DNA from: Takakia lepidozioides
Taxonomy: Eukaryota; Plantae; Bryophyta
Assembly: GCA_030704615.1 (NCBI GenBank)
Contig: CM060733.1
Location: 43,834,001 to 43,898,000 of the forward strand
Direction of reading: 5' to 3'
Length of the DNA stretch: 64,000 nucleotides
The position numbers were made by a program, and so were the translations under genes. Positions 61,918 through 64,000 of this stretch are shown here, piece after piece (the first letter of the stretch is position 1; each line of letters starts with the position of its first letter). Under the pieces are notes generated by a model that had not been told where the DNA came from, ran no database searches, and saw nothing but the letters and a program-made list of their open reading frames with translations.

Positions 61918-63392
61918 GTGGCAGAGCCAACAGAGAGTCCAGACTCTCCAACACCACTTCAGTTGAGTTATATGAGTGAGGAAGAAGAAATCCAAGAGAA
62001 GAACTTGGAAGATGAAAACAGAGAGAAGAATTTGGAAGATGAAGAGTATGAAGAAGTAGACCCAACAGTTGAGGTTGAGACTACAACTAGGTCATCCCAA
62101 CCTGTTGGACTTGGATCAAGTGGAGCACTTGGATCACAGGCCAACAAAGGTGTCGGCTCAGGGGGATCAGGCGGGCAGCTTGGATCTGGCTCTGGGGGGA
62201 CAGGGAGTGTGGGAAGTAGTGCAACTGGAGCTGAGGGTATTGCAAGTACAGGGGGGGGGCTACTAGGGAGTGCTCAGGGGCCAACACTAGGTGGGAGTTC
62301 CACCACTACAACAGCAGGTCCTCAAGGACCAGCACCAACAAGAGGACCAGCACCTGTCAGAGGACAGGGTGTAGGGCCACAGAAGGCGGTACCTCCAACA
62401 CGGGCAAAACCACATTTTCCAATATATGAAGGAAAAAATGGATCCTGATGTACACATCAGCCAATTAAAGCACATGTGTATAGTGAACAATGAGAATGGC
62501 GATGATGCCAAAATGAGACTGTTTCCTTGTTCACTTATCAAGAAAGCAAGTGAATGGTATGCAAGGTTTCCTAATAATCATTTCCTAACCTGGAATGGCC
62601 TTAGTACAACATTCCGAAACAGGTTCAGGACAAGTAAAACTGAGGATGAAGTGTATGGGAGTTTACAACAGTTAAGGCAAAAGAAGCATGAAACTGTTCA
62701 TGAAGAATATATGGAGAATCTGGAGTTAATGATGAAAAAACTGGCTGCTATACCAGCACCATGATTACAGAAGACTTGGTTTGTGAGTGGACTAAGACCT
62801 GAATTACAAAAAAAAATGGATATGCTACCCCATAATACAGTGGAAGAGGCATTCGAAACAGCCAACAGAATTGAGCAACTGGGAATGCTCAAGAGAGATA
62901 AAAGGGAAGATGAGGACTCTGTAGATGAGTTAGATGAGGAAGAAGAGCAAGAGCTCAGGAAGAAGAGCAAGAATAAGGAAAAGTTGAAGAGGGACAATTA
63001 TGAAATTGTTTTCTGAAGAAATCTTGAAATACGCCACAGAGGCTGCAACACATTGGAGGAAGGGTGTTTGGTGTGCAAAGTGCCAAAATGAAGGCCATAC
63101 CACAGCTGAATGCCACATAAAGGAGAAACATTGTACTATCTGTAAAATGGATAACCATTCTACTGAGAATTGTTATTACAATAGAAAGACATCTACAAGA
63201 AAACCTAGGCAAGTGAGGGTGCATTAAGTGCAACCCCAGCCAAGAAGAAACAGTGACCAGGACCATTATGGTAGGTCTGGTGGATATAACAATGGTATGG
63301 CAGGAAGAGGTCATCCAAGAGGGAATTACCAAGGCAATCCCAAAGGCAACTATCAGGGTAATCCAAGGGGGAATTACCAGCCAGGGAATCAC
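61918..63392 (+). mobile_element. Degenerate Ty3/gypsy gag
   Basis: DPDVHI...MRLFPCSL...ASEWY...TW...F...LRQ; zinc knuckles CAKCQNEGHTTAEC and CTICKMDNHSTENC; stops and frameshifts. Confidence 0.85.
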
Positions 63393-64000
63393 CAGCGTAG
63401 CTACGGCGTGAGCCCAGCCCCGTGAGCCTGGGAGCTGAGCTCACGTTGTAGCTGCAAAGCGTGAGCGGCACAAATCTGCTAGAGAAGCAAGTCCTATAGG
63501 CAAGGATTGCAGGAAGAGGGCCTATTACCGTGGACAAAACAAAGGGGGCCACCATGCACCATGTCTGCAATGCCTGCACAAAAAGAGGAATATGAAAATA
63601 TGGTAGATTTGAGCTCAGAATGATTGACACACTTTATTTCAATTCACAGATAGACGTTTACAATGAATGGCATGTGCATTTGCCCTGGTTCCGTGAACAA
63701 AATGTATGTGTTTGTCCTAAATGCAAAGTCTTCACACGGTAACCTCGAAACCAGCATGGGAAGCGGACATGGCTCGTATGTGTTCAAAGAGAATTTGGCG
63801 GAGCCCTACGTGAGGTGTCCCGCTGCAGAAGGGTGATGACTTCTCCGTAGCCTAGTGTGGCTTGGTGAATGAATTGGTCTCTCTTACCATCACAGCACAT
63901 AATTACAAGGTATATGTAATATTGATGTTTGCAGGGGACCCACTTCCCTCTCATGCCGAGAGCGCCCTCACGCATCGTTACAAAATCCGGACAAGTGCAC
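63393..64000. mobile_element. Left end of a second copy of the giant MULE, inserted in gag
   Basis: Highly similar to 31230-31866, including the SWIM-coding end of the transposase. Confidence 0.92.

Overview
Repeat-rich nuclear DNA of a land plant; the PPR style suggests an early-diverging, editing-rich lineage, but the organism cannot be fixed from sequence. There are two notable systems. (1) 1-25.8 kb: a direct duplication of about 8.8 kb, each copy carrying a minus-strand PLS-class PPR-E1E2-DYW C-to-U deaminase gene. Upstream of each lies a ~582-bp tandem array that is really an exon/intron cassette encoding the PDF motif of OSB organellar ssDNA-binding proteins. The last cassette is spliced in frame onto the PPR-DYW exon, predicting (PDF)n-PPR-DYW fusions. 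The paralogues differ in PDF copy number (5 vs 7), PLS triplet number (7 vs 6) and PPR code. (2) 29.6-59 kb: a 22.9-kb Mutator-like element (10-11 bp TSD, degenerate TIRs, GCM-like/DDE/SWIM transposase) nested in an older relative. It carries a divergently transcribed multi-exon gene for a ParB/Srx-like domain plus a beta-class N6A/N4C DNA-methyltransferase-like fold, and a ~13-kb array of 115/116-bp units each holding an 18-bp-stem palindrome. Related element copies carry their own variants of the GTGCG-N4-CGCAC palindrome. The rest is decayed retroelements (a CRE-like non-LTR element with an internal inversion, L1-like LINE pieces, Ty3/gypsy LTR and gag) and a 500-N gap. All domain calls are by-eye motif recognition; no searches were run.
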